Below are positions 11,174 through 19,505 of a DNA stretch of 64,000 bases, in pieces; position 1 is the stretch's first letter, and the number at the start of each line of letters is the position of its first letter. Source of the stretch: Deltaproteobacteria bacterium (GTDB taxonomy: Bacteria > Myxococcota > Kuafuiibacteriia > Kuafuiibacteriales > Kuafuiibacteriaceae); assembly GCA_040218735.1 (NCBI GenBank), contig JAVJQW010000061.1:64001-128000 (forward strand), read 5' to 3'. The notes under the pieces are model-generated. The model was not told the origin of the DNA, searched no databases, and saw only the letters and a list, made by a program, of their open reading frames with translations. A program made the translations under genes and the position numbers.

Positions 11174-11863
11174 ATGACACCTCGAATCGGATTCCTCCGA
11201 CGTGCTGCACTCGGCCTCGCGCTGGGTTCGGGTCTCACGGCCGCGTGTGCCGTGGGGCCTTCTCCCGAAGCGGAGCCTTCGACCGGCGAGCACCCCGTGC
11301 TCGCGGAGCCCGACCGGCGCGTCGAGCTCGGGGAGCTCTCGCGCCTCCCCACGGAGCGTCGCCTGTGGGCGGAGCCCAATGCGATCGAGGCGAGCCTCGC
11401 ACGCCTCGAAGCCTTGGAGGTCCTCGACGTCGCCGACCTCGTCCGCGAGCGCACCGCGCACGCGTGGATCCCGTACGGCGGCTTCTGGAGCGAAGCGAAG
11501 GTCGAGATGGGTGAGGAGGAGATCGCGCGTCGGCTGGAGCACTTCGTCGACGTCGCGGAGGCGGCCGCCGCGACGGTGGAGACGATCCCCCAGGGCGCTC
11601 GGGGCGTCTGCTGGCCGGCGACACCCGGCGCGTTCTGCCTGACCATCACCGACCACGCCGCGGACCTCGCCGCGCTCGACGACCTGGAGATCGTCGACGT
11701 CGACGGCGTCGTGCGCGACAACGCCCAGGTCGACGGCGTTTGTTACTCGTCTTGGGAGACGGTCTCGGAGGACGTGTGCCTCCGCGCGTTGAAGGCGCAC
11801 GCGATCGTCGAGGCGACGGGGGACTTCCCGAGCCGGCGGCCGCCGGAGGAGCCCGGGGAGTAG
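11174..11863 (+). CDS. Cys-containing two-repeat lipoprotein; candidate MNIO substrate
   Basis: GAGGG RBS, lipobox LTAAC, internal repeat LEALEVLDVADLVRE / LDDLEIVDVDGVVRD; ends 3 nt before the DUF692 gene. Confidence 0.75.
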   Translation: MTPRIGFLRRAALGLALGSGLTAACAVGPSPEAEPSTGEHPVLAEPDRRVELGELSRLPTERRLWAEPNAIEASLARLEALEVLDVADLVRERTAHAWIPYGGFWSEAKVEMGEEEIARRLEHFVDVAEAAAATVETIPQGARGVCWPATPGAFCLTITDHAADLAALDDLEIVDVDGVVRDNAQVDGVCYSSWETVSEDVCLRALKAHAIVEATGDFPSRRPPEEPGE

Positions 11864-11866
11864 GCT

Positions 11867-12853
11867 GTGACCGACCTCGAAGCGCCCGGGCCGGCGCGCG
11901 CCGAGGACCGGCGCCTGGGTGTGGACTCGGACTCGCTCCCCGGTCGGCTCGGGCTCGGCGTCGGCATCGACCTCCGCTACGGCGATCCGTACGGCTTCGT
12001 GCGGAGCGGCGAGCGCGAGGTGGTGTCGCCGTCGATCCTCGGCTTCCTGGAGCGTGGCGCGTTCACGCACGCGTTCTTCAGCTTCCAGCCGCGCGACCGC
12101 GGGCGGCTGGTGCTGGAGGACTACGCACCGGCGTGGGACGCCCTGTACGCGGCGCTGCCTTCGTTCGAAGCGACCGGCTTGCACCACACGCTGTTGAACC
12201 TCGGCTCGCTCGACGTGGAGGACCGCGGACCGCTCTGTGAGTTCACGAATCAACTCATGGAGCGCTACGACATGCGCTGGGTGAACGAAGACCTCGGCAT
12301 CTGGGCGCTCGACGGCAAACTCATGCCGTACCCACTCCCGCCGCTGCTGACGGAGGCGGGGTTGGAGAAGGCGATCGCCGAGGTCGAAGACGTCATGCGC
12401 CGCCTCGACCGCACCCTGGTGGTGGAGTTTCCGGGGTTCTCGGAGGGCACGAACTTCTTCGTGGGTTCGATGCACGCGTATGACTACTTCGCGACGCTCG
12501 CGCGGGAAACCGGGTGCGCCGTGACACTCGATACGGGGCACCTGATCTCCTATCAATGGCTACGCGGGCAGCGGGGTGATGGGTTGTTCGATGCGTTGGA
12601 TCGGCTCCCCCTCGAGCGGTGCTTCGAGCTCCACCTGAGCGGCTGCCTGATCAAGGAGGATCGGTTCGTCGACGTGCACCACGGCGTGCTGCGCGACGAG
12701 CAGCTCGTGATGGCGGAGCGCCTCATCGCACTGTGCCCGAACCTCCGCGCGATCACCTACGAGGATCCGAAACCCGACGAGACCGGCGCGCTCCGCGACA
12801 AGGCGAGACCGGGGTTCGAAGCGCTACGTTCGCTGGTGGAGGCGTGGGCGTGA
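11867..12853 (+). CDS. DUF692-family multinuclear non-heme iron oxidative enzyme (MNIO), divergent
   Basis: GLGVG..LR start, GLHH.LLNLGS, WVNEDLG, YPLPPLLTE, VVEFP, LDTGH, ELHLSG, VDVHH and TYE, in the order of DUF692 metal-ligand motifs. Confidence 0.85.
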   Translation: MTDLEAPGPARAEDRRLGVDSDSLPGRLGLGVGIDLRYGDPYGFVRSGEREVVSPSILGFLERGAFTHAFFSFQPRDRGRLVLEDYAPAWDALYAALPSFEATGLHHTLLNLGSLDVEDRGPLCEFTNQLMERYDMRWVNEDLGIWALDGKLMPYPLPPLLTEAGLEKAIAEVEDVMRRLDRTLVVEFPGFSEGTNFFVGSMHAYDYFATLARETGCAVTLDTGHLISYQWLRGQRGDGLFDALDRLPLERCFELHLSGCLIKEDRFVDVHHGVLRDEQLVMAERLIALCPNLRAITYEDPKPDETGALRDKARPGFEALRSLVEAWA

Positions 12854-13506
12854 GTGTCTCGCAGGCGCGGGCCGAGCTCATCGCGTTGCTCACGAATCCG
12901 GAGCGGCGCGCGGCGCTGCGACGTGGCGAGCTGCCGCGGATGTTCGACACGATCGACACGGCGCAGCTCGAGCGCACGGCTCAGAAGATTCAACGGGACA
13001 CGCTGCGACGGCGACGCCGCGGGGCGCCTCCTCTGGTGGAGCAGTTCGCGGCGACGCTCGCGAACGAGTCGATCGATCCCATCGCGACGGCGTTCATCCA
13101 TTCGGAGCACTACGCGGCGTACCGCGAGGTGCCGTCGGGGCCGCCCGGGTTGTGTATCGAAGAGGCGTTCTACCGCTTCCTCGATGCCCACGAGATCGGT
13201 CCGGCGCAGATGCGGCGCGTCGAGTACCTGCGCGCGGCGGGGCAGGCGTTGGTCGTGCACCCGCGCCCGGCGTTCACGATTCCCCGACCGTTTGTGTTCA
13301 CGGCGGGCGCGTGGGTCGCGTTCGCCGAGGGGCCGACGATGTTCGCGGCGCTGCCCGGGCGTTTCGTGCAGGGGCGCGTGCCGCGGGTCGTGGTGGACGC
13401 CCTCGCGGGGCGCGCGGTGCCGGAGGCTGCGCGATCGAGGTTGGCGGCGCTCGGTTTTTCCTTCGATGATGGGGCGTGTCCGTCGAGAACGTCGCCGAGC
13501 ATCTGA
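12850..13506 (+). CDS. Probable MNIO partner protein
   Basis: GTGA overlap with the DUF692 stop; N-terminal helical region typical of DUF692 partner proteins (inference). Confidence 0.65.
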   Translation: MSVSQARAELIALLTNPERRAALRRGELPRMFDTIDTAQLERTAQKIQRDTLRRRRRGAPPLVEQFAATLANESIDPIATAFIHSEHYAAYREVPSGPPGLCIEEAFYRFLDAHEIGPAQMRRVEYLRAAGQALVVHPRPAFTIPRPFVFTAGAWVAFAEGPTMFAALPGRFVQGRVPRVVVDALAGRAVPEAARSRLAALGFSFDDGACPSRTSPSI

Positions 13507-14222
13507 AGGAGGCGCGACGCGTCCTGTTCATCACCGGGGCCGGCGTGTCGGCCGACTCCGGCATCCCGACCTACCGCGGCGTCGGTGGGTTGTACGAGGG
13601 CATCGAAGACCCGTCGGGGTACGCGATCGAGGAGATCCTCTCCGCGACGATGTTCGCGCGCGAGCCGGAGCGGACGTGGAGGTCCATCGCGGACATCGAG
13701 GAGGCCTGCCGCGGCGGCGCGCCGAACGCGGCGCACGAGATCATCGCGGAGCTCGATGGAGACGATCGCGAGGTCTGGGTCCTCACGCAGAACGTCGACG
13801 GCCTGCACCGCCGCGCGGGGAGCTCCAACCTGATCGAGCTCCACGGCCGCGTTCACACGTTGCGATGCACGCGCTGCCGCTACCGCGAAGAGGTCGAGGA
13901 CTTCTCGAAGCTGCCCATCCCCCCGCACTGCCCGGACTGCCACGCGCTGGTGCGCCCGGACGTCGTGCTGTTCGAGGAGCAGCTCCCGGGCGACGCACTG
14001 ATCACGCTGATGCGCCAGCTCGACGCAGGCTTCGACCTCGTCTTCTCGGTCGGCACGTCGAGCCTGTTCCCGTACATCGTGCAGCCGGTGATCGACGCCG
14101 CGGAGCGCGGCGTGCCGACGGTGGAGATCAACCCGGGCGAGACGACGATCTCGGGGCTCGTGCGCTACCACCTGAAGCTGGGCGCCGCAGACGCGATGCA
14201 GCGGATCCGCGAGCACCTCTGA
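13476..14222 (+). CDS. cobB: NAD-dependent protein deacylase (sirtuin)
   Basis: GAGVSADSGIPTYRG, TQNVDGLH, ELHG, two CxxC, RPDVVLF, VGTS, EINP. Confidence 0.93.
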   Translation: MSVENVAEHLKEARRVLFITGAGVSADSGIPTYRGVGGLYEGIEDPSGYAIEEILSATMFAREPERTWRSIADIEEACRGGAPNAAHEIIAELDGDDREVWVLTQNVDGLHRRAGSSNLIELHGRVHTLRCTRCRYREEVEDFSKLPIPPHCPDCHALVRPDVVLFEEQLPGDALITLMRQLDAGFDLVFSVGTSSLFPYIVQPVIDAAERGVPTVEINPGETTISGLVRYHLKLGAADAMQRIREHL

Positions 14223-14229
14223 TTCACGC

Positions 14230-15786
14230 TCACTCCGGGCGCAGCGCCTTCAGCAGCTTCTTCACGTCCTCCGCGTCCTCCGCGCCGGGCCTCAGCTTCA
14301 GGTACATGTCGAGCTTGTCGGCGGCTTCCTTCGACTCACCCATCGTCACCAGCGCGTGCCCCAGACGTTTGTACGCATCGGCGTGCGTGATGTTCAGCTC
14401 GACCGCGCGCCGCAGCGCACGCACCGCTTCCGCCGTGTTGCCCTTCTTCAGCATGTCGTCGCCGTAGGCGAACGCGGCGTTGGCGTCGTCGAACGTCTTC
14501 ACCTCGATCGCCGCCGCACCCGGCACCGGCGGCGGCTTGGGGGGCGGCGGAGGCGGCGCCGCGACGACGACCTCCTCGGGCGCCGGCGGCGACACCCCCA
14601 CGATGCCCGTCAACAACCCGCCGAAGAACGTCAGCAGCGACAACGCCGCGGCCACCGGCCACGACGGACCGTGCGCGGAGACGACCGGCGAAGGCGCGAC
14701 CAAGCGCGCCTCCGCCTGCACCGGGAGGTTCGGCTTCGACGAGGTCCCCGCCGACACCGGCGCGGGCGTCGGCCTCGTGTCGCGCGGCGGCGGGTCGAAG
14801 CGCTGCGGCGCCAAACAGAACGTCGCCGCCATGGTCTTGTCGTCGGAGATCGTCGCCTCCACGACGGTGCCCTCCGACCGGATCGACAGCAGCCGCTTGA
14901 TGATGTCCTGCGGGCGCGGACGCGCACGGGCATCCGACGCGAGCATCGAGCGGATCAACGCCTGCACCTCGGCGCCGTCCTGGACGTTCGCCGTCGCCGG
15001 CCACTCCATGCCCTGCCGGATCTCACGGACCAGCTCCGTCGGGTCCGTCGACACAAACGGCAAACGCCCCGTCAGCATCTCGAAGAGCACGACGCCGATC
15101 GAGTACACGTCCGACGAGATGTCCGACGGCAGCCCGCACAAACGCTCGGGCGCCATGTACGAGACGGTGCCGATCACCTGCCCTGCGCGCGTCAGGCGCG
15201 TGAGCTCCTCGGAGCGCGCGAGGCCGAAGTCCATCAACACCGTCCGCCCGCCGCGTTCGAGGAAGAGGTTGCTCGGCTTGATGTCGCGGTGCAGGACCTC
15301 CGCCGATTCGAGGTACACCAACGCCTGCGCCAGCAGGCCGATCACCTCGACGGCCTCCTCCGGCGAGAACCGACGGCCCTCGACGAGCAGCTCTTCGAGT
15401 GTCTTCCCGACGAGCCGCTCCATCAGGAAGAAGCCGAGCTCGGTCCCCTCCGGGTGGCGCGCGTAGCCGTACGCGAAGAAACGCACGATGCCGGGGTGCT
15501 CGAGCTGCGAGAGCACCGCGACCTCCTGCGAGAAGCGCCGCCCCGCCGTGCCGTCGCCCGCCTCGACGTACCGCATCTCGACGATCTTCAACGCGAAGTG
15601 CAGCCCCCCGTCGTCCACCACCTCGTAGACGACACCCATGCCGCCCTTCCCGAGCTGACGCACCACGCTGTACGGACCGACGCCGACGGTCTCGCCCTTG
15701 TCGTTCTGCACGAGGCGCGCGGTGAACGGCGACTCCGGCACGTTGGGGCCACGTCGGGACGTGGGGTTCGGTTGCGCGCGCGCCAT
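14230..15786 (-). CDS. Membrane Ser/Thr protein kinase with C-terminal TPR-like domain
   Basis: LGKGGMG, ALK, HRDIKPSN, DFG, YMAPE; TM; Pro linker; TPR-like helices. Confidence 0.92.
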   Translation of the reverse strand: MARAQPNPTSRRGPNVPESPFTARLVQNDKGETVGVGPYSVVRQLGKGGMGVVYEVVDDGGLHFALKIVEMRYVEAGDGTAGRRFSQEVAVLSQLEHPGIVRFFAYGYARHPEGTELGFFLMERLVGKTLEELLVEGRRFSPEEAVEVIGLLAQALVYLESAEVLHRDIKPSNLFLERGGRTVLMDFGLARSEELTRLTRAGQVIGTVSYMAPERLCGLPSDISSDVYSIGVVLFEMLTGRLPFVSTDPTELVREIRQGMEWPATANVQDGAEVQALIRSMLASDARARPRPQDIIKRLLSIRSEGTVVEATISDDKTMAATFCLAPQRFDPPPRDTRPTPAPVSAGTSSKPNLPVQAEARLVAPSPVVSAHGPSWPVAAALSLLTFFGGLLTGIVGVSPPAPEEVVVAAPPPPPPKPPPVPGAAAIEVKTFDDANAAFAYGDDMLKKGNTAEAVRALRRAVELNITHADAYKRLGHALVTMGESKEAADKLDMYLKLRPGAEDAEDVKKLLKALRPE

Positions 15787-15789
15787 CGC

Positions 15790-17490
15790 TTACAGCCCCG
15801 CCTCGAGCAGCCGGTCGATCTTCTCGATCTCCGGCGACTTGGGGCGCAGCAACTTGTACTGCTGTAGCAGCGTTTTGGCTTCCTGGGACTTCTCCAGCGC
15901 GAGTTTCGTGCGCGCTTGCAGGTACGTCGCCTCCGGGTGCACCGGGTTCATCGCGAGCGCCTGCCCCAGCGCATCTTCGGCGACCGACAGCTCACCGCGA
16001 TCGAACGCCGCCGCACCGTACCGGTAGGCGTCCTCCGCGCGCTCGAAGCGCGGGACCGGCGGCGGAGGGGGCGGAGGCGGAGGCGCCTCGATCACCTTCG
16101 CGGGCGGCGGAGGTGGCGGCGGCGCCTCGGCGACAGGCTCGGGCGCCGTGCTCCGACCGACCGAGAGCCCCGTCCCGAACGCGAGCCCCGCCGCGACGAG
16201 CACCATGAAGATCGCGATCGGCCACGTCGGGCCGGCGCGATCCGGCGGCGCCTTCGGGAGCATCACCGAGTCGGGCGTGCGCACCGCCGTCGCGGGGTTC
16301 ACGACCGGGTCGTCCGCGGCCTCGACGAAGAAGCTCGCGGTGGGCGGCTGCGCGACGCCGACCGGCGCCGACTCGGTGTCGGGGTGCACACGCGTCGACA
16401 CCCGATCGAGCGAAGGCGCCGACGCCTCGTCGGGTACCCGGCCGGAGACGCGGCTCTGCCGCGCCTCCTGGGCACCTCCTCGGCTTCCCCCCAAGAGGGG
16501 GGGCGCCTCGTCGGGTGGCACGGTCGGCTCGCCGAGGATCCAGGACGCTTGCCGCTCGACCTCGGTCGCGTTCGGGCGTCGGTCCTTGTCGGCCGCGAGC
16601 ATCGCTTCGATCAGCGCGACGGCCTGGTGGACGACCGGCTCGTCGGGGAGCGGCACCGGCCAGCGCACGCCTTCGCGGATCTCCTTCACGTGCTCGGTCG
16701 CGTCCTTCGTGACGAAGGGCTGCGTGCCGGTGAGCACTTCGAACAGCACGGTGCCGAGCGCGAAGACGTCGGTGCGCCCGTCGCACTCGTGCGCGAGCAG
16801 CGCCTCGGGGGACATGTACGCCATCGTCCCGATCACGTGACCGGTCTGCGTGAGCCGCGTGAACTCGCGCGAGCGCGCGAGGCCGAAGTCCATCAACACG
16901 ACGCGCCCCGGCGGCGAAGCGGACGGGCCTTCGATGAAGATGTTCGCCGGCTTGATGTCGCGGTGGAGGACGCCGTTCTTTTCGAGATACGCGAGCGCGC
17001 GCGTGACCTGCACCGCCATGTGCAGCGCTTCGGTGGCGTGCATCAGGCGCTCCCCCGCGATGCGATCCTCTACGGTCTCGCCCGTGAGCCGCTCCATCAC
17101 GAAGAACGCGAGGTCGTACCCCATCGGGTGCCGCACGAACCCGTAGTCGTGCAGCCGCACGATGCCGGCGTGATCGAGCCGCTCGAGGATCTCGATCTCC
17201 TGCGTGAAGCGCCGCCCGGCGTTGGTGTCCGGCAGCGCGAGGAAACGCGCCTCGATCGTCTTGAGCGCGAAGATCTTCCCGGAGGCCTCGTCGCGCACCT
17301 CGTAGACGATCCCCATTCCGCCGCGCCCGAGCGTCCCCAGCACGCGGTACGACCCGAGCAACGTCACGTGCCCCGACGGCGCGATCTCCACCGGCGCCGA
17401 GACGAGGTGCGAGTCGCCGAGCGGCCCGTCGTCGGTCGCTTCAGGGTCCCAGACGCGGCTGGGCACGGGCGGCTGCGAGGACTTCGCCAA
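15790..17490 (-). CDS. Membrane Ser/Thr protein kinase with C-terminal TPR-like domain (paralog of the adjacent gene)
   Basis: LGRGGMG, ALK, HRDIKPAN, DFG, YMSPE; same architecture; TTG start uncertain. Confidence 0.92.
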   Translation of the reverse strand: MAKSSQPPVPSRVWDPEATDDGPLGDSHLVSAPVEIAPSGHVTLLGSYRVLGTLGRGGMGIVYEVRDEASGKIFALKTIEARFLALPDTNAGRRFTQEIEILERLDHAGIVRLHDYGFVRHPMGYDLAFFVMERLTGETVEDRIAGERLMHATEALHMAVQVTRALAYLEKNGVLHRDIKPANIFIEGPSASPPGRVVLMDFGLARSREFTRLTQTGHVIGTMAYMSPEALLAHECDGRTDVFALGTVLFEVLTGTQPFVTKDATEHVKEIREGVRWPVPLPDEPVVHQAVALIEAMLAADKDRRPNATEVERQASWILGEPTVPPDEAPPLLGGSRGGAQEARQSRVSGRVPDEASAPSLDRVSTRVHPDTESAPVGVAQPPTASFFVEAADDPVVNPATAVRTPDSVMLPKAPPDRAGPTWPIAIFMVLVAAGLAFGTGLSVGRSTAPEPVAEAPPPPPPPAKVIEAPPPPPPPPPVPRFERAEDAYRYGAAAFDRGELSVAEDALGQALAMNPVHPEATYLQARTKLALEKSQEAKTLLQQYKLLRPKSPEIEKIDRLLEAGL

Positions 17491-17558
17491 GGCGGCCTAG
17501 GATATTAGCAGAGGATGTCGCACCCAAACGGGTGTCAGAGGTGTTCAGGGGACGCGGC

Positions 17559-18164
17559 TCAGGGCGCGGCGGCGATCGCCTGGACCAGCTCGCCGAGCGC
17601 GGCCTTCGGGTCGTAACCGGTGACGACGGAGGCGATCTTGCCATCCCGTCCCACGACCACGGTGTGGGGCAGACTCGTCACGCCGTACCGCCGCGCGACG
17701 ATCTCGCCCCAGTCGCGCACCACAGGGAACGGCAGCTTCAACTCGTCGACCACGAGCTTCGTCATCTTCTCCTGCTCCCCTTTGTCCCCGATGACGACCA
17801 CGACGTATTCGGCCCCCGTATCGCGGATCGACGCCGGGCTCCGCGCGTAGTCGCCGAGCTCCTTCTTGCACGGCTCGCAGTACCAAGCGGCGAACGACAA
17901 GACGACGGGCCGCGGCGTCGTCGCCTCGTCCCCCACGTGGTCGCCGAGCTTGAACCGCTCGACGCCAGACAGCTCGGCGTTCTCGGTGTTCTGGAAGAAC
18001 AGGTGCGCCGTCTGCCCGGGGCGCCCGAGGTTCGACGGAGGCGCGTCGACCGCCTTCGCGGGGGTGTCCGCGACGACCGGTTGGGGATCCAGCGCCGTGG
18101 GGGTCGAGCTGCACCCGACGAGCAGAGGCAGGACGAGGACGAAGCGACGCACGGCAAAGCGCAT
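17559..18164 (-). CDS. TlpA/ResA-like thioredoxin-fold lipoprotein
   Basis: LLVGC lipobox; VVLSFAAWYCEPC active site; YGVTSLPHTVVVGRDG cis-Pro loop. Confidence 0.88.
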   Translation of the reverse strand: MRFAVRRFVLVLPLLVGCSSTPTALDPQPVVADTPAKAVDAPPSNLGRPGQTAHLFFQNTENAELSGVERFKLGDHVGDEATTPRPVVLSFAAWYCEPCKKELGDYARSPASIRDTGAEYVVVVIGDKGEQEKMTKLVVDELKLPFPVVRDWGEIVARRYGVTSLPHTVVVGRDGKIASVVTGYDPKAALGELVQAIAAAP

Positions 18165-18194
18165 CGCAGAGGAGCGGCTTGTGTAGCGCATCGT

Positions 18195-19505
18195 TCAGCG
18201 AATCGTCACGACACCGGAGCCCGTCTCCGGGGGTTTGTTCAGCACCACCACGGCGGTCGTCGTGCCCGCGGCGGCGACGCCGCCGACGATCGCCCAGACC
18301 CACCAGCGTGTGTACCAGGGGCTCGGTCGCTCCCTGAGCTCGGCCCAGACCAGGTTCTCTTCACCCGGCTGGACGAACACGTCGGAGGCCCAGGTGTAGT
18401 AGCCGTCCTTTTCGAGGCGCAGCTCGAGGCGGCCCGGGGCGTACTCGTTCTCGAGCTTCACCGGCGACTCACCCATCGGCGACTCACCCACGATCACGTC
18501 GGCGCCCGACACCGGCCCGGTGACCGCGATCTTACCCGGCAGCTTCGTGGAGACACCGACCAACTCACGCGCGACGGTCCGCACCGCGCGCTTCAACTCT
18601 TCCTTCGGCCCGCGGAACGCGACCGTGCGAAGGTTCTCGACGCGGACGTCCTCCTGATTGATGAGTTTCAGAGAGACCACGTACTCACGAACGCTGCTCT
18701 GTTCTTCTTCCTCCTCGTCCGCCAAGCCACCGAAGCTACCGACCTGCCCGGTCACGAGGTACTTCACGTTCAGCGAGCCCGAGATCCGCGCGAGGCACTC
18801 CTCCGCGCAGTCACTCCCGAACGCGTCGTCGTAGGTCGCCTTGCCGATCATCGCTTCGATCGCCGAAGGGTTGATGATCTCGGCGCCGTTTACCTTCGAC
18901 AGCTCCACGATCACGAACTCCGCGAGGTTCTTCACGTCGTCCTCGGGCACACCCGCCGACTGGATCCCGAACACGCCGATGCGGATCTTACCCTTGCTCT
19001 CGGGCATCTCGTACTTCACCGCTTGCCCCTCGCCGTACCCGAACAAACGCCCCAGCTGCGCCGGGAGCTGCGCGAGTGCATTCGGCACCGTCGTCGCGTT
19101 GGTCGCCTCGCGTCCGAGCACACGACCGTCCGCGGTCGACATCAGCGAGATCGTCAGGAGCATCTCCCGGCCGACACGACCGACCGTCGTGGAGACGAGG
19201 TAGTCCGCCTCCGTCGCGTTCTGAATCTTCGCCAGGCACTCCTCGTCGTCCTGACAGTTGACCGCGCTCTTCTTCGCCTCCGCCGCGAGCATGTCCTCGA
19301 CGTCGCTGCTCGTGACGACCGGGTACGCCTTTCGACCCTTCAGCGCCTCCGCGATCCCGTCCGCGATCTGCCGGTCCAACCCCTTCAGGTCGATGTCCGA
19401 CTTCACCGGGCCGACGAACACACTCCCGTTCGGCACCGCCGCGAATCCCGCGCTCGGCGCGAGCAACGCCGCGACCACCATCCATCCCCACCTAGAACGC
19501 ATCAC
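18195..19505 (-). CDS. Secreted PEGA-domain protein with two CsgG/TolB-N-like alpha/beta domains and a C-terminal TM
   Basis: Signal peptide; two C...EECLA.I....L.V..LV.G.VG repeats; PEGA-like GESPV...PG..ELRLEKDGY; PWYTRWWVW TM. Confidence 0.75.
   Translation of the reverse strand: MMRSRWGWMVVAALLAPSAGFAAVPNGSVFVGPVKSDIDLKGLDRQIADGIAEALKGRKAYPVVTSSDVEDMLAAEAKKSAVNCQDDEECLAKIQNATEADYLVSTTVGRVGREMLLTISLMSTADGRVLGREATNATTVPNALAQLPAQLGRLFGYGEGQAVKYEMPESKGKIRIGVFGIQSAGVPEDDVKNLAEFVIVELSKVNGAEIINPSAIEAMIGKATYDDAFGSDCAEECLARISGSLNVKYLVTGQVGSFGGLADEEEEEQSSVREYVVSLKLINQEDVRVENLRTVAFRGPKEELKRAVRTVARELVGVSTKLPGKIAVTGPVSGADVIVGESPMGESPVKLENEYAPGRLELRLEKDGYYTWASDVFVQPGEENLVWAELRERPSPWYTRWWVWAIVGGVAAAGTTTAVVVLNKPPETGSGVVTIR

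Noticed and set aside
13476-14222. Sirtuin as an anti-phage SIR2 effector
   Set aside because: Has the Zn-binding CxxC pairs and size of a housekeeping CobB deacylase; no defence partners adjacent
16055-16130. GGC/GGA-rich tandem-like runs (also 14520-14560 and 36320-36400)
   Set aside because: They encode poly-Pro linkers and are not DNA repeat elements
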